Shown: one piece after another, positions 1 through 12,799 of the stretch
How positions within the stretch are numbered: position 1 is the stretch's first letter
Layout: the number at the start of each line of letters is the position of its first letter
DNA from: Squalus acanthias
Taxonomy: Eukaryota
Direction of reading: 5' to 3'
NCBI GenBank assembly: GCA_030390025.1
Contig: CM059432.1
Span: 31,126,001 to 31,190,000, forward strand
DNA length: 64,000 nucleotides
Made by a program: the position numbers and the translations under genes
The notes under the pieces: model-generated
Database searches by the model: none
Seen by the model: the letters and a program-made list of their open reading frames with translations, nothing else
What the model was told of the DNA's origin: nothing

Positions 1-1335
1 TCACTGGTAGCACTCTCGCCTCTGAGTCAGAAGGCTGTGAGGTTCAAGTCCAACTCCAGAAACATAAGTACATAGACTAGGCTAATACTCCACTGTAGTA
101 TTGAGGGAGTGCTGCATTATCGGTCTTTTGGATGAGACGTTAAACTGACTATCTGGTCATTATCTCATTGTGTTTGCAAATTGGCTGCTGAGTATCCTGC
201 ATTACAACAGTGACTGCACTTCAACAACAACAACCTGTATTTATATAGTACCTTTAACATAGTAAGATGTCCCAAGGTGCTTCACAGGAGTATTATCAAA
301 CAAAATTTGACACCGAGCCACATAAGGAGATATTAGGGTAGATCTTGGTCAAAGAGGTAGGTTTTAAGGAGCATCCTAAAGGAGGAAAGAGAGGTAGAAA
401 GGCGGAGAGGTTTAGAAAAGAAATTCCAGAGCTCAGGGCCTTGGCAGCTGAAAGCACGGCTGACAATGGTTGAGCGATTATAATCAGGGATGCTCAAGAG
501 GCCAGAATTGGAGGAGCGCAGATATCTTGGTGGGTTGTGGGGCTGGAGGAGATTACAGAGATAGGGAGGGGCGATGCCATGGAGGGATTTGAAAACAAGG
601 ATGAGAATTTTAAAATCTAGGCATTGCTTAACCGGGAGCCAATGTAGGTCAGCAAGCACAGGGGTGAACAGGACTTGGTGCGAATCAGGACACAGGGCAG
701 CAGAGTTTTGGATGATCTCAAGCTTACGAAGGGTAGAAAGTGGAAGGCCGGCCAGGAGTGCTTTGGAATAGTCAAGTCTAGATGTAACAAAGGCATGGAT
801 GAGGGTTTCAGCAGCAGATGAGCTGAGGCGGGGTGGAGTCAGGCGATGTTCCGGAAATGGAAATAGGCGGTCATAGTCATGGCACGGATATGTGGTTGCA
901 AGCTCATCTGAGGGTCAAAAATGACACCAAGGTTGTGAACAGTCTGGTTCAGCCTCAGACAGCTGCCAGGGAGAGGGATGGAGTCTGTGGCTAGGGAACG
1001 GAGTTTGTGGCGTGGACCGACAGCAACGGCTTCGGTCTTCCCAATATTTAGTTAGCGGAAATTTCTGCTCATCCAGTACTGGATGTCGGACAAGCAATCT
1101 GACAATTTAGAGACAGTGGAAGAGTTGAGAGAGGTGGTGGTGAGGTGCAGCTGGGTATTGTCAGCGTTCATATGAAAACTGACGCGGTGTTTTTGGATGA
1201 TGTCGCTGAGAAACAGCACGTAGATGAGAAATAGGAGTGGGCCAAGGATAGATCCTTCATTGGCTGTGAAGCACTTTGTGACATCTTGAGGTTGTGAAAG
1301 GCGTTATACAAATGCAAGTCTTTTTTTCTTCTTTC
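1..1335 (+). mobile_element. Deu-domain tRNA-SINE (SacSINE1-like) interrupted by an L2 insertion
   Basis: Head and Deu motif (gatgagacgttaaac) in 1-222; tail ttcattggctgtgaagcactttg...gcgttatacaaatgcaag resumes at about 1256; matches the intact copy at 51163-51605. Confidence 0.75.
223..1255 (-). mobile_element. L2 LINE, 5'-truncated 3' end
   Basis: ORF 333-659 ([24 protein letters not shown]) is the L2 ORF2 C-terminus; (caa)n tail at 223; reverse complement of the 3' part of 19696-22178. Confidence 0.88.
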
Positions 1336-1700
1336 TTTCTATATTGGCCTAGGCGTGCTCATTGCTTACACTGGAGGCGCAAAGGAGAAAAATGTTTAAA
1401 AAAATGTTGTATAGACAGCCACAGTTCAATAAACACAAACATTGAACAAAAGGTGACTCAAGAGATAAAATAATTCAAGGAGAAATGACTCACAAACATT
1501 AATAGTTTACATTGCTGCCTTTATTAGCTCATATATACCATTTAACTTTGCTTTGTGAACACTGTACATCTGAATGGGCCTGTTTCCATGGAGGTAGCAG
1601 AGCGTGATTAATCTGTTACCAACTAGTTTGACACTCAGCTGTCTTAGTACTCAAATCACCAATTTTGTGATGTGATAATAGAAAGAGCCTATATTTATAT

Positions 1701-1823
1701 TAAAGCAAAATACTGCGGATGCTGGAAATCTGAAATAAAAACAGAAAATGCTGGAGATACTCAGCAGGTCAGGCAGCATCTGTGGAGAGAGAAAAACAAA
1801 GTTAATGTTTCAGGTCGATGGCC
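1701..1823 (-). mobile_element. Penelope-like terminal repeat fragment
   Basis: Reverse complement of about 9295-9410 (gcaaaatactgcggatgctggaaatc...gttaatgtttcaggtcga). Confidence 0.8.
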
Positions 1824-2374
1824 AGTTTTTTCTTTAAATGATTCTAGGGTTTTTGCCTCCATTATTCTAACTGGATTTCTATTCCACGAGGAGTTGACTC
1901 CTTGTGTAAAGATGAACGTCCAGATATGGGGCCTCAATCTGCCTTTTATTATTTTGAATTTGTGCCACATTGTCCTACTATCATGGTTTAATTACAATTT
2001 TCTCAATGAATATACTCATAGATGTCCTCCCTCCATTTTTTTAGCATGGCTTAGATTCCCCTCTACCCTGCTTCCAATCCTGGAATTGCCCTATTGTAGT
2101 CCCAGCTCTTTAACCGTGATTGCCCCTCAGAATATTTTCAATCAGCCTCATATGTGTGCCAGTTCTTTGCCACAGCAACTCAAAACTAATCCTACTGACC
2201 TGCTGTTTCACTGTATCTTCCTCAACTTCAAATAATGATCTACTCTTCCCTTAAAAGATGCAATGGTCTCTCCCTCAACTAGTTCCAGATCTCAACTGCC
2301 CCAGGGTAGGGAAATGCAAGGAAGGTCCCGATACTCCCCACTGGAAGGAAAGGAAAATCTAATACAGAATCATA

Positions 2375-3218
2375 GGGTGGAATCTTACCTGGAAGGCCGA
2401 GTTCGAGGCAGGACTGCTGGTTTTCAGGTTCCAGTCCCGCCCCCAGCGACATCTGATGAGCTGACGCTATTTTCCCCTGATTGGCCTTGTTAAACCTGCC
2501 CTGCGGGCTTGCCGGCCAATTAAGGGAAAGCCAGTGTCAAATGACGTCAGTTGATGACGCTTCATCTGCCGGTTTTCTTAAAGGCATATGTACCACACTT
2601 GTTTGACAGATGATTTGACAGTGTTTGACAGCATTGAGGTGCTGTCAAACATTGACAATCACTGTCCAAAGGTGAGCCCTTGCACCCAGGCTCTCCCATT
2701 ACTCTCTCCTTAGGATAAAACAGATGGCAGCTGTAGCTGAGATTGCAGAAGCCATCTGTCACTTCTCCCAATGAGATGAGCCAACACAAACACTTCACAG
2801 CTTGTCACCTGCAGAAATATCTAAACACAATAAAAATTACTTTCATAACTTTTCCATACCTCTGATACTCACCAGTGTCCCATTGAATCCTTTAAACCAC
2901 TTCATCAGCTGTCATATATACACAAAAATTACAGTACACCCACATCACGCCTCACTTACCCTGGCGGGGTTCCATGACGTCGGGAAGCCCGCATCAGAAG
3001 GCTCAAAATGGGAAAAAGCCTCTTAACTGCCTGTTAACAGGCAGTTAAGTGGCTGTAATCCTCTTCCCGCCTCTAGGAGTCGGGACCCTGCACAAATCGG
3101 GGACCCGACTCCCAGGAAGATTGGTTGGACGCAGGTTGGGAGCGGGTTTGGGACCCGCTCCCATTTTTTGTAATTTTCCTAACAGTCCCGCCTCCAGAGG
3201 GCTGGTAAAATCCAGCCC
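2375..3218. mobile_element. PIF/Harbinger-type MITE (family A)
   Basis: TIRs gggtggaatcttac / gtaaaatccagccc with ATA target-site duplication; inserted in a CR1 (catagaat)n tail; homologous in inverted orientation to 13140-13983. Confidence 0.75.
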
Positions 3219-3490
3219 ATAGAATCATACAGCACAGAACGAGTCATTTGGCCCATCGTGTCTGTGCTGGCTCTTTGCAAGAGCTATCCAATTAGTTTCA
3301 CTCCCCTGCTCTTTCCCCATAGCCCAGCAAATTTCTCCATCAGTCACCAGTGCCACTCTCACATCTGGCTCAAGAGAGGCATTCATAGAGGACTAGCAAT
3401 TAGCAACCTGTTCACCCTTTAGACTAGGGCATAGTACAGAGTACCTAAAAAGAATTCATTGGGAGAGTCACTCAGTGGTTTCGTTAGTAA

Positions 3491-3981
3491 GCACCAAGTC
3501 CCATTCACCCATCACCCCTGTGCTCGCTGATCTACATTGGCTCCCAGTTAAGCAATGCCTCGATTTCAAAATTTTCATCCTTGTTTTCAAATCCCTCCAT
3601 GGCCTCACCCCTCCCTATCTCTGTAATCTCCTCCAGCCCCACAACCCCCCGAGCTATCTGCACTCACCTAATTTTGCCCTCTGGACCATCCCTGATTATA
3701 ATCGCTCAACCATGGGTGGCCATGCCTTCTGTTGCCTAAACCTTCTCTAAGCTCTGGATTCCCTGCCTAAACCTCTCCGCCTCTCTACCTCTCTTTCCTC
3801 CTTTAAGACACTCCTTAAAATCTACCTCTTTGATCAAACCTTTGGTCATCTGCCCTAATTTCTCCTTATGTGGCTCGGTGTCAAATTTTTTGTCATATAA
3901 TACTCCTGTAAAGCACCTTGGGATGTTTAACTACGTTAAAGGCGCTATGGAAATACAAGCTGTTGTTGTTGTTGTTGTTGT
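3491..3981 (+). mobile_element. L2 LINE 3' fragment
   Basis: [21 protein letters not shown] motif; (gtt)n tail at 3961-3981. Confidence 0.88.
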
Positions 3982-4599
3982 AAGTGGACTATGCCGAGTT
4001 CAATCTCTGGTCTGTGCCATGCTTGCTGAGCTTAACCCAAGCAGTGGTAGAGTACTGATGGTGTGAGCATCTCTGGGCTAGAGAAAATAAAAAATACATT
4101 GAAAAGGGTGGAAATCGGGTGAATGTTCCAATTCACAAGGTTCACACATGAACACTTAGCATACTTGTGTTAAGTTTCTGTGTGGACTATTTTTACACAG
4201 GCACTAACGCGTAAACAGTTTAGATAATATAATGTGACTGTGTTAAGCCTTCGTACCATTAATCAGACGATGTACCCCAATAAATTTAGAGAGAATATAA
4301 TTTTTACAGACAGAAACTCTCATTCTACAGAAATACAGAAGCTCAATTATTAGCTTATCAACAGTGGCAGTACAATCAGCTGGCAGGAATCAACAATCTA
4401 CTAATGGGCTTCACAATGCTTGAGCAATTTCTGTCATGTAGCAACATAACAAGCCCAGTGATAACAAGAATATAACAGCAGAAGAATCGAGACTTTCACC
4501 AGCACCCATGGCAGATGCTAAACAAGCGTTCTTGTCTCCCAACCACCTGCTCCCACATACAAACAAATACACATATAAACAAACACACACATACATATA

Positions 4600-4801
4600 A
4601 ACAACAAATTGCATTTATATAGCGCCTATAACGTAGTAAAACATCCAAAGGCGTTTCACAGGAGCGTTATTAAACAAAATATGACATCGAGCCACATAAG
4701 GAGATATTTGGACAGGTGACCAAAAGCTTGGTCAAAGAGGTAGGTTTTAAGGAGTGTCTTAAAGGAGAGAAAGGTAGAGGTGGAGAGGTTTAGGGAGGGA
4801 A
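4600..4801 (-). mobile_element. L2 3' UTR fragment
   Basis: acaacaaattgcatttatatagcgcc...gaccaaaagcttggtcaaagaggtaggttttaagg, same tail as 223-430. Confidence 0.8.
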
Positions 4802-5833
4802 GATGGTTGTGGTTGTTGGAGGGCAATCATCTCAGCCCCAGGACATCACTACAGGAGTTCCTCAGGGCAGTGTCCTAGGCCCAACCATCTTCAGCTGCTT
4901 CATCAACGATCTTCCCTCCATCATAAGATCAGAAGTGGGGATGTTCGCTGATGACTGCACAGTGTTCAATTCCATTCACAACTCCTCAGAAAATGAAGCA
5001 GTCCATGCCCACATGCAGCAAGACCAGGTTTGGGCTGATAAGTGGCAAGTAACATTCACGTCACACAAGTGCCAGGCAATTACCATCTCCAACAAGAGAG
5101 AGTCTAGCCACCTCGTCTTGACATTCAACGGCATTACCATCGCCGAATCCCCCACCATCAACATCCTGGGGGTCACCATTGACCAGAAACTTAACTGGAT
5201 CAGCCACATAAATACTGTGGCTACAAGAGCAGGTCAGAGGCTGAGTATTCTGCGGCGAGTGTCTCACCTCCTGACTCCGCAAAGCCTTTCCACCGCCTAC
5301 AAGGCACAAGTCAGGAGTGTGATGGAATACTCTCCACTTGCCTGGATGAGTGCAGCTCCAACATCACTCAAGAAGCTCAACACCATCCAGGACAAAGCAG
5401 CCTGCTTGATTGGCACCCCATTCACCACCTTTGACATTCACTCCCTCCACCACCCGCGCACCGTGGCTGCAGTGTGCACTATCTGCAAGATGCACTGCAG
5501 AAACTCGCCAAGACTTCTTCGACAGCACCTCCCAAACCCACGACCTCTTCCACCTAGAAGGACAAGGGCAGCAGGTGCATGGGAACTCCATCACCTCCAA
5601 GTTCCCCTCCAAGTCGCACACCATTCTGACTTGAAAATGTATCACCATTGCTTTATCGTCGCTGGGTCAAAATCCTGGAGCTCCCTCCCTAACAACACTA
5701 AGGGAGTACCTTTACCACAGTGACTGCAGCGGTTCAAGAAGGTGGCTCACCACCACCTTCTCAAGGGCAATTAGGGATGGGCCATAAATGCTGGCCTTGC
5801 CAGCGACACCCACATCTCAGGAACGAAAGAAAA
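4802..5833 (+). mobile_element. CR1/Jockey-group LINE (clade not resolved), RT-containing 3' fragment
   Basis: ORF 4803-5723 with [10 protein letters not shown] and MFADD RT motifs; 3' tail aagggcaattagggatggg..ataaatgctggccttgccagcgac. Confidence 0.88.
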
Positions 5834-7429
5834 ACACACACAAATACATATATGCAAACGTACACAAACACACACATATATATACAAACACACACCCAAA
5901 CATACAAACACAAATAGGCACACATGTATTTCATTGGTTGTAAAGTGCTTTGGGATGTCCTGAGGTCATGAAAGGTGCTATATTTATGCAACACTTTCTT
6001 TCATATAAATATATACAAACACGCACACAGATACAAATACACATAAATACAAACACACACATAAACACATATATCAACACTGTGGCAAAAATATAATTTT
6101 CCTCAGTTTGTCATATATATTTTGTATATTTACTTTTGAATTGAAGGATAATTTTATGAATTTGCACACCCAGCACAGAGATTTGCTCACTGGGAGACTA
6201 TCAAGAATTCAGGTGCACCTTCGAGTCAGTTTTCCATCTAAAAATTGATTGACAGAGAATCGTGGGGAGTGCGCATCTCAATCCCCTGTTGGGCACTTTT
6301 GGTGGTTGATGTTCCATGATGGTTGTGTGAATTCGCAGAACATCACCTGTTGTGATAACCGGTGCAGACTTGACGGGCCGACTGGCCTGCTTCTGCGCCA
6401 TAACATTTAACGATTCTATGAATCCAGCTACAAGTGTTTTCGGTGTTATACTGAAAAGTGAAAATGGCTGCTCAGAAAATGTCTATTTGTATCATTGTCC
6501 CAGAGAGCTTTGATCAAGAATTAATTAAGTTAAAGATTATCTTTGAAAGGGGATTGGGGTATTTTAAATGCTATATCTATGATCAGCATCCCGGACAGAT
6601 ACAGTAGCTGGCATGCCAATAATGGTAGTGGAATAAGTATTGTAGTGTCTGTGAAACTGTCAAGGTGTATCACCTTGTCCAGAACAATGGCTGCTGGAAC
6701 CCTGTGGTTCATTGTTCCCAAACTTGCTGAGCAAATGGGGATTAGCATCATCATCATGGGACAAGACACTATCCTCAACTAATCCAGCTTGCTCAGACTT
6801 GAAAATAAACATCCTTATATCTCAGGATCCACTAATGTTCAACTAATGAATAAAGTGGCATAGAGTTATATAAACTGTACTTACATACCTACCACGAGAA
6901 TCCAGCCTTGATTTTCAGTTTGGTGTTGTTTATAAGGCTGCATTAACCCACTTATTTTAAAGATGTTAAAATAATGCTGATTATTATTTTAAACAGAATG
7001 GAAGTAACACAAATGGGCCTTTGTCCATTTTTTCACCCTTTTTGAATATGAGCTCTACAATGGGCTGTTTGCAATTTATTGGTACCTCCCTGGAAGCCAT
7101 TGACTCCCTCGTAATATCTGTCAATTGACTCACAAATCTCCCCCTCGTCTCTCACAGCTCACCCGAGATAAATATCATCTATCCCTGGGCCTTATTTGCT
7201 ATGAGCCCTCTATCCAGAACTTCCATCTCATTTGATTATACTTGGGATTGTTGAGGCTGCCGCAAAACACGAATTAAGGCTGAATCCATGTGTGTTAAAC
7301 AAGAGACTTTTTAATCACTGCATGGCACAAAATGGCTGAACAGAAAAGCCCCCAGAATTCTCTGGGCAAACCCTGAGGCCCCACCCACTCCTGCCTTAAA
7401 GGTAAGGTGCCTTAAAGGGAAGATGCTGG

Positions 7430-8300
7430 ATATTTGTCCACGGACGGAAGAGTGGATTATGCCCGTTTAGGTGGCGATCCGCCGCAGGATCAATATTCTC
7501 TCTGAGGTGCGCAGCAATCTGTAAAGTACCTCGCACCGAAATACACATAGTGAGTTGGAGCGGGGCGGGGGTGAGAGAGGGGCCTGAGCATCGAAACCCA
7601 GCGGGAAAAGCGCGAATGGCTGCAGGGAGAGAGAGAGAGCGCGGGAAAAAGAGCAGCTGTGAATGGAGGAGCAGCGAGCTGGAGTGGTGGGAGAATTCCC
7701 GGTGGACCAGTGGGAGCCACGTGTAGGCTGTCATAGAGATGAGATCGCCGACCGATTGAAGATTGTTTTATCCCCAAGTTCCGGGGCTGTTCTGGCGGTC
7801 CGGTTATTTACTCAGGTTGGAACAATAGCTCTCGAATCAAGGCCAGGAGGTGAATGAATTATTAATGTCACATCACCGCACAGGCTTCTTATCCCAACAA
7901 CCCGTCCTTTTATTTCCTTTGTATGTAGTGGACACGTCTCCTCACGTCTTCGAAATTTAAGTTCAGTTAAACAAAGTAAATCTCAGTTAAAACAATTCGT
8001 CATCAGGAAATTCATTTCTGGTTGTTAATCCATCCCAACCCGATTATTTTTTTGTGGTCCTAGCAACGAACATGTGTAAAGATAGCCCCATAACTACTGG
8101 AAAATAGGCAGTGTGTTTTTTTTATTAACACAAACATTAATCACGTACCATTAATACTTCATTTGATTGCGCGTTCAGCGCTTGCCTGGATGCATTTATA
8201 CTTTGCTTTGTGGTGCTCTTCAGAGGATTGAGCCAGAGACTGGAGTGGCAGAAGGGCAGAGTGGTGGCGTGCAGCATTATCCGCGGATGGTCTGCATCCT
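7430..8300. promoter_or_regulatory. Non-repetitive CpG-rich intronic region, candidate promoter/enhancer (CpG richness resumes at about 9416-10130)
   Basis: CpGs visibly retained in unique sequence; GC box GGGGCGGGG 7562-7570, (GA)n about 7627-7639, E-box CACGTG 7718-7723, RFX-like motif 8054-8067. Confidence 0.45.
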
Positions 8301-8301
8301 T

Positions 8302-9415
8302 GGTCAACACGGCCCTCGACCGTGTCCGTTCCATCTCCCGCACTTCTGCCCTCACCCCGGCCCCTCCCTCCCGGAACCACGATAGAGTTCCCCTTGTCCT
8401 CACCTTTCACCCCACCAGCCTTCACATTCAACGGATCATCCTCCGCCATTTCCGCCACCTCCAACGTGATCCCACCACCAAACGTATCTTCCCCTCACCT
8501 CCCCTTTCAGCATTCCGTAGGGACCGCTCCCTCTGAGACACCCTAGTCCACTCCTCTATCACCCCCAGCACCCCTTCCCCTTCACCCGGCACCTTCCCGT
8601 GCAAGCGCAGGAGATGCAACACCTGCCCTTATACATCCCCCCTTCCCACTCTCCAGGGCCCCAAACACCCCTTCCAGGTGAAACAGCGATTTACTTGTAC
8701 TTCTTGCAATCTAGTATACTGTATTCGCTGCTCACGATGTGGTCTCCTCTACACTGGGGAGAGCAAACGCAGATTGGGTGACCACTTTGCGGAACACCTC
8801 CGTTCAGTCCGGAAGGGTGACCCCGAGCTTCCGGTCGCTTGTCATTTTAATTCACCCCTCCACGCTCACTCAGACCTCACCGTCCTCGGCCTCTTGCATT
8901 GTTCCATGGAAGCACAGCGTAAGCTCCAGGAACAGCACCTCATCTTCCGTTTAGGCACTTTACAGCCTTCCGGACTCAATATCGAGTTCAACAATTTCAG
9001 ATCATAACCCCGGCCCCTACCACATATGTATACATTTTATCCACTCTTTTGGTCCGTGCCTTTTTCCTTTTTTTCTCTCTCTCCCCCCACGGCAGCTGTC
9101 TCTCATTCTGCCAGCATTTCACACCTTACCTTTTGTTTCTCAACCTGTCCCATTACCATCTCGTCTTGCCTTGAGCATCTCTCAATGTCTCTACTCACTA
9201 AAGACCATCCCTTTTGTTCTTTTATTCCTCCCCCCAGCCTCCCCCTTGCATTTTTATCTGTTTATTTCTTGCTCTTTCAGTTCCTACCAAGGGCTTCGAC
9301 CTGAAACGTTAACTCTCTTTCTCTCTCCACGGATGTTGCCTGGCCTGCTGAGTTTTTCCAGCGTTTTCTGTTGTTATTTCGGATTTCCAGCATCCGCAGT
9401 ATTTTGCTATCGTAT
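8302..9415 (+). mobile_element. Penelope-like retroelement, 5'-truncated, with GIY-YIG endonuclease region and terminal repeat
   Basis: ORFs 8210-8536 and 8678-9007 share a frame broken by one TGA: VPLVLTFHP...FPCKRRRCNTC...NLVYCIRCSRCGLLYTGESKRRL...EH...GTLQPSGLN; perfect 14-bp TSD TGGTCTGCATCCTT at 8288-8301 and 9416-9429. Confidence 0.92.
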
Positions 9416-11374
9416 TGGTCTGCATCCTTCCCCGGCAGTCACCAACTTGCTCAGGGTTGCGCGCACGGTTGCTAGGACACAGTTTAAACAATCCCAGACT
9501 CGCAGTCCCTGCTCGGGTTAAGGTGCATGTGAAGAGGCAGAAAACCTCAACCCTCCCTCCCCAACCTGTACTTAGCAGCTTTCTGCAAACGCTTCACCCC
9601 TTTCAATCGATTTCCTTTTTTTGGTTCGAAAAAAAAAGTGGGGGAGCTGAAAGAGATTTGCATAAAACGACACTGTACATTTAAAACTCCGATTGCGTGC
9701 CAAATCTTGTTGGGGGAAACGCGTTTTAAAAATAGTAAAAGCTGATTTGCACGGACCTATTGCACAGAATGCACCCTAACCCGACCCTGAAACCAAAAGG
9801 CAACGTCTGTCATAAATCTCAAACATTGTAACTAAACTTGAATCTAACTTGAAGAACTGTGTGGTATTCTAGTCCCGACGTCGTTTCTTTACATGTAGAG
9901 CTGCCGATCGCTTTGCAGCGACCTTGCTTGTTCAGAAAAATGGGCTTCTGCTATCTCCTTTCTATTAATGCAGATAAGAGCGAGGAAGGCGTACGTGCGG
10001 CTAAAGGTGTACGAGATCTGTGTCAATTTTGACTTCAGCACGTTAGAATCAACTGGTTTTTAGTGCGGGAGACGCATTATGTGTGTAATAAAACCAAGCT
10101 TTAAGAGGAGACTGTTCCGATTGCTCAACACTTAACAATAGAAGTCATCGGTGCAGAATCATTTCATTTGGCTCAGGTGAATAAGGTCTAAGTTACAAGG
10201 AGCCTTTCCACCTGAGTGAGAACAGTCTCCATCCATCATTTGCAAAATGATCAACTTTAATCATCTATTTCTGCAGGACACAGATTAATCAGTCCCGTAG
10301 CACAGGTCACTGTCAGTATTGTACAGTAGGATGTACGCATTTTCTTTGTTGAAAACAATGATTTAATCTATAACAACATTCTACATCGTATGGACCCTGA
10401 TGCAATCATTGATAATATCTTTGAAAAGTTCATTGTTACGCAAGGATATGCATCTGCAATAACCTGACCATTGTATTGTTATTGTTTTCAGATAATGTCA
10501 TACATACTGATTTTCAGTTTGGTGTATGTATATGGTGCTATTTCTGTTTAATTAATGTTTCCAGTTGCTTTGTAAATAAGCAGTACCTGCAATTGTACAG
10601 TAAGCAGTGTTTACAAATACATTTCATAAAACTATTATAAAATCGTGTGTTCTTTGCAATTTGTCTACAAATGACCATAACAATAACTGAGTAAGTAGGA
10701 ATAGGGTTACTGAAAATGAGGTTATAAGACTATTGGGCAACATGGGCCGCTTTCAGAATATTTTCCAGGGCCGTTTAAGTTCCCAATCCGCCCCTGGTGA
10801 TCGGGCCTACGCAGTGTCTGGTTGACAGCCCTGGATTAGAGCGAAACTCGGGAGTGCTCCCCATTCAGCAGCTCTCAATGCCCCAGGACTCAACTTTGAG
10901 CTGAATGACCCAGAAAGGCCCACAACAACTAAAGGTCACAAAACCAGTGGGCACTGCCAATCATGGCCATATAAATACACATAGTCTGGGGTGAAGTTGA
11001 TCAATGGATTTTGTCTCAGTGAGCACCTAATGCTTTCTGACGGGCAAGTTTATGATGCAGATTGGGTTATTGATCGTATATATGGAGCATGGCCAATGAA
11101 CATCTGCCTTTAGCATTGACTGAGCCACATATACCACCTGGAAACCGCAGGTTAATTGAAGCTGTCTAGGTTAATGGATAATGGATGAGAGATCAGATTA
11201 TGTGAGTTTCATTTCACTGTTGGGCGAGATGAATGAATTTTTAAAGTTGTTGATGATCTAAGCCCAAACTTTCAAGGTGTGTGTATCCTCCCCACTCTTT
11301 CACATTCATCTACTCTCCTGAAAGTGCGAGCTCTTGTGTCGGGAAAGAGGCGCTAACAATCCAGGTGTGGGATC

Positions 11375-11690
11375 TGTGAGGAGAGGTAGAATGGGATGGA
11401 TGTGAGGAGGGGTAGAATGGGATGTGTGAGGAGAGGGTAGAATGGGACGTATGAGGAGAGGGAGAAGGCAACCAGTGAGAGGAGAGGTAGAATGAGACAT
11501 GTGAGGGTAGAGATAGAACGGATGCTTGAAGAGAGGTAGAATGGGACGTGCGAGGAGAGGTGGAATGGGACCAGTGAAAGGAGAGCGAGAATGGGACGCG
11601 TTAAGAGAACGGGAATGAGACCAGTGAGAAGAGAGGTAGAGTGGAACTTGTGAGAGTAGAAGTAGAATGTGACCTGTTAGAGGAGAGGTG
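11375..11690 (+). repeat. Degenerate purine-rich minisatellite (about 23-25 bp unit, gtgaggagaggtagaatgggac-like)
   Basis: Recurring gagaggtagaatgggac/gagac units read directly. Confidence 0.75.
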
Positions 11691-11899
11691 GATTGTCAAC
11701 CTTGACAGAATTTTCCATCACTGAAAAACGGAGAAAGACAGACAGGAGAAATTTCCAGCAAGATGTAACTGTAAGTCATGTTCAATAAATATCAACCTTA
11801 TTTACTTGAATTGTTGTATTTATGCTTTAAGTGGTTTTGTTTGTTTTTGTCAAATTTGCCCATGGACAAAAATGTCACGCTCAGATGAGTTTGTGGCCC

Positions 11900-12510
11900 G
11901 CTCAGTACAAATAAAAATTAGAGGGAATATTGCTTGGGATATATTTGTTTGGAGGGGGCATGTTGCTTATGTCTTCTTTTGTGAATACCAAGAGGAAGTG
12001 GTCATTCTGAATAATTACTATCCTCAGTTTCAAGTCTTTATGTGTCTTTTCTGACTTTCCTCTTACTGAAATAATCTTTTGCCGTTGTGCTTAGCCTTAG
12101 CTGCTATTGGCTTTTTCTGAGACTCTGTCCCTCTGGACACCCTTTTAACATATTTTTTGACTTTCTTATATTTATCTCAATGAGCCCCTTTTCCTCCCTG
12201 CAGAATTTGTGCAGGCCATTTTCTCAATGTATCGTACTTTTAATTTTTAGGGTAACGGTTGCTTATTCTGAGCTCGTTGTTCAGGGAAGGTATTTTTCTG
12301 CATGCTTAGCATTACACCTTTAAAGATGTTTCACTTGTCGTCTACTGAAGTGTTGTTGTAACCTTCCCCAATTTACTTGTTTTAGTTGATTCCTCATTGA
12401 GCCCTTTTAAAGTTATGTGTCTGGTTCCTGGTCTTGAGTATTTCTGACTACCAGATTATGTTAAACATTATCATTGTGTGGTCACTGTCCCTCAGCGGTG
12501 TTACACTTAA
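11900..12510 (-). mobile_element. Highly decayed LINE endonuclease-region remnant
   Basis: Minus-strand translation near 12470-12510 gives PLRDSDHTMI, the SDH motif of APE-type LINE endonucleases; boundaries uncertain. Confidence 0.4.
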
Positions 12511-12799
12511 TGAAGTGATTAACCCAGATTAGCACACTTGTTAAAGTAATGGAAAGAGGAATTTCAAATTAACACATTAATGTGTATCAATAGCACACAA
12601 TGCAATTTTAGTGCAAATCAGTTGAATACACTGATTGAAGAAATTGATTCAAGAAGAAGGCTCACCACCACCTTCTCAAGAGAAACTAGGGATGGGCAAT
12701 AAATGCCAACCTTGCCAGTGATGCCCACATCCCGGAAATGAATACATTTAGAAAGAAACACAGATGGGGATGCATAGAAGAGATTCCAACAGAAATGAA

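Noticed and set aside
1672..2235. 187-aa ORF
   Set aside because: Read-through of a Penelope repeat fragment and probable decayed LINE sequence; no recognisable protein.
2453..2530. Hammerhead ribozyme at ctgatgag
   Set aside because: No properly placed GAAA or flanking stems.
10743..10834. hAT-like terminus (gttgacagccctg)
   Set aside because: Only one end seen, with no partner TIR or 8-bp TSD.
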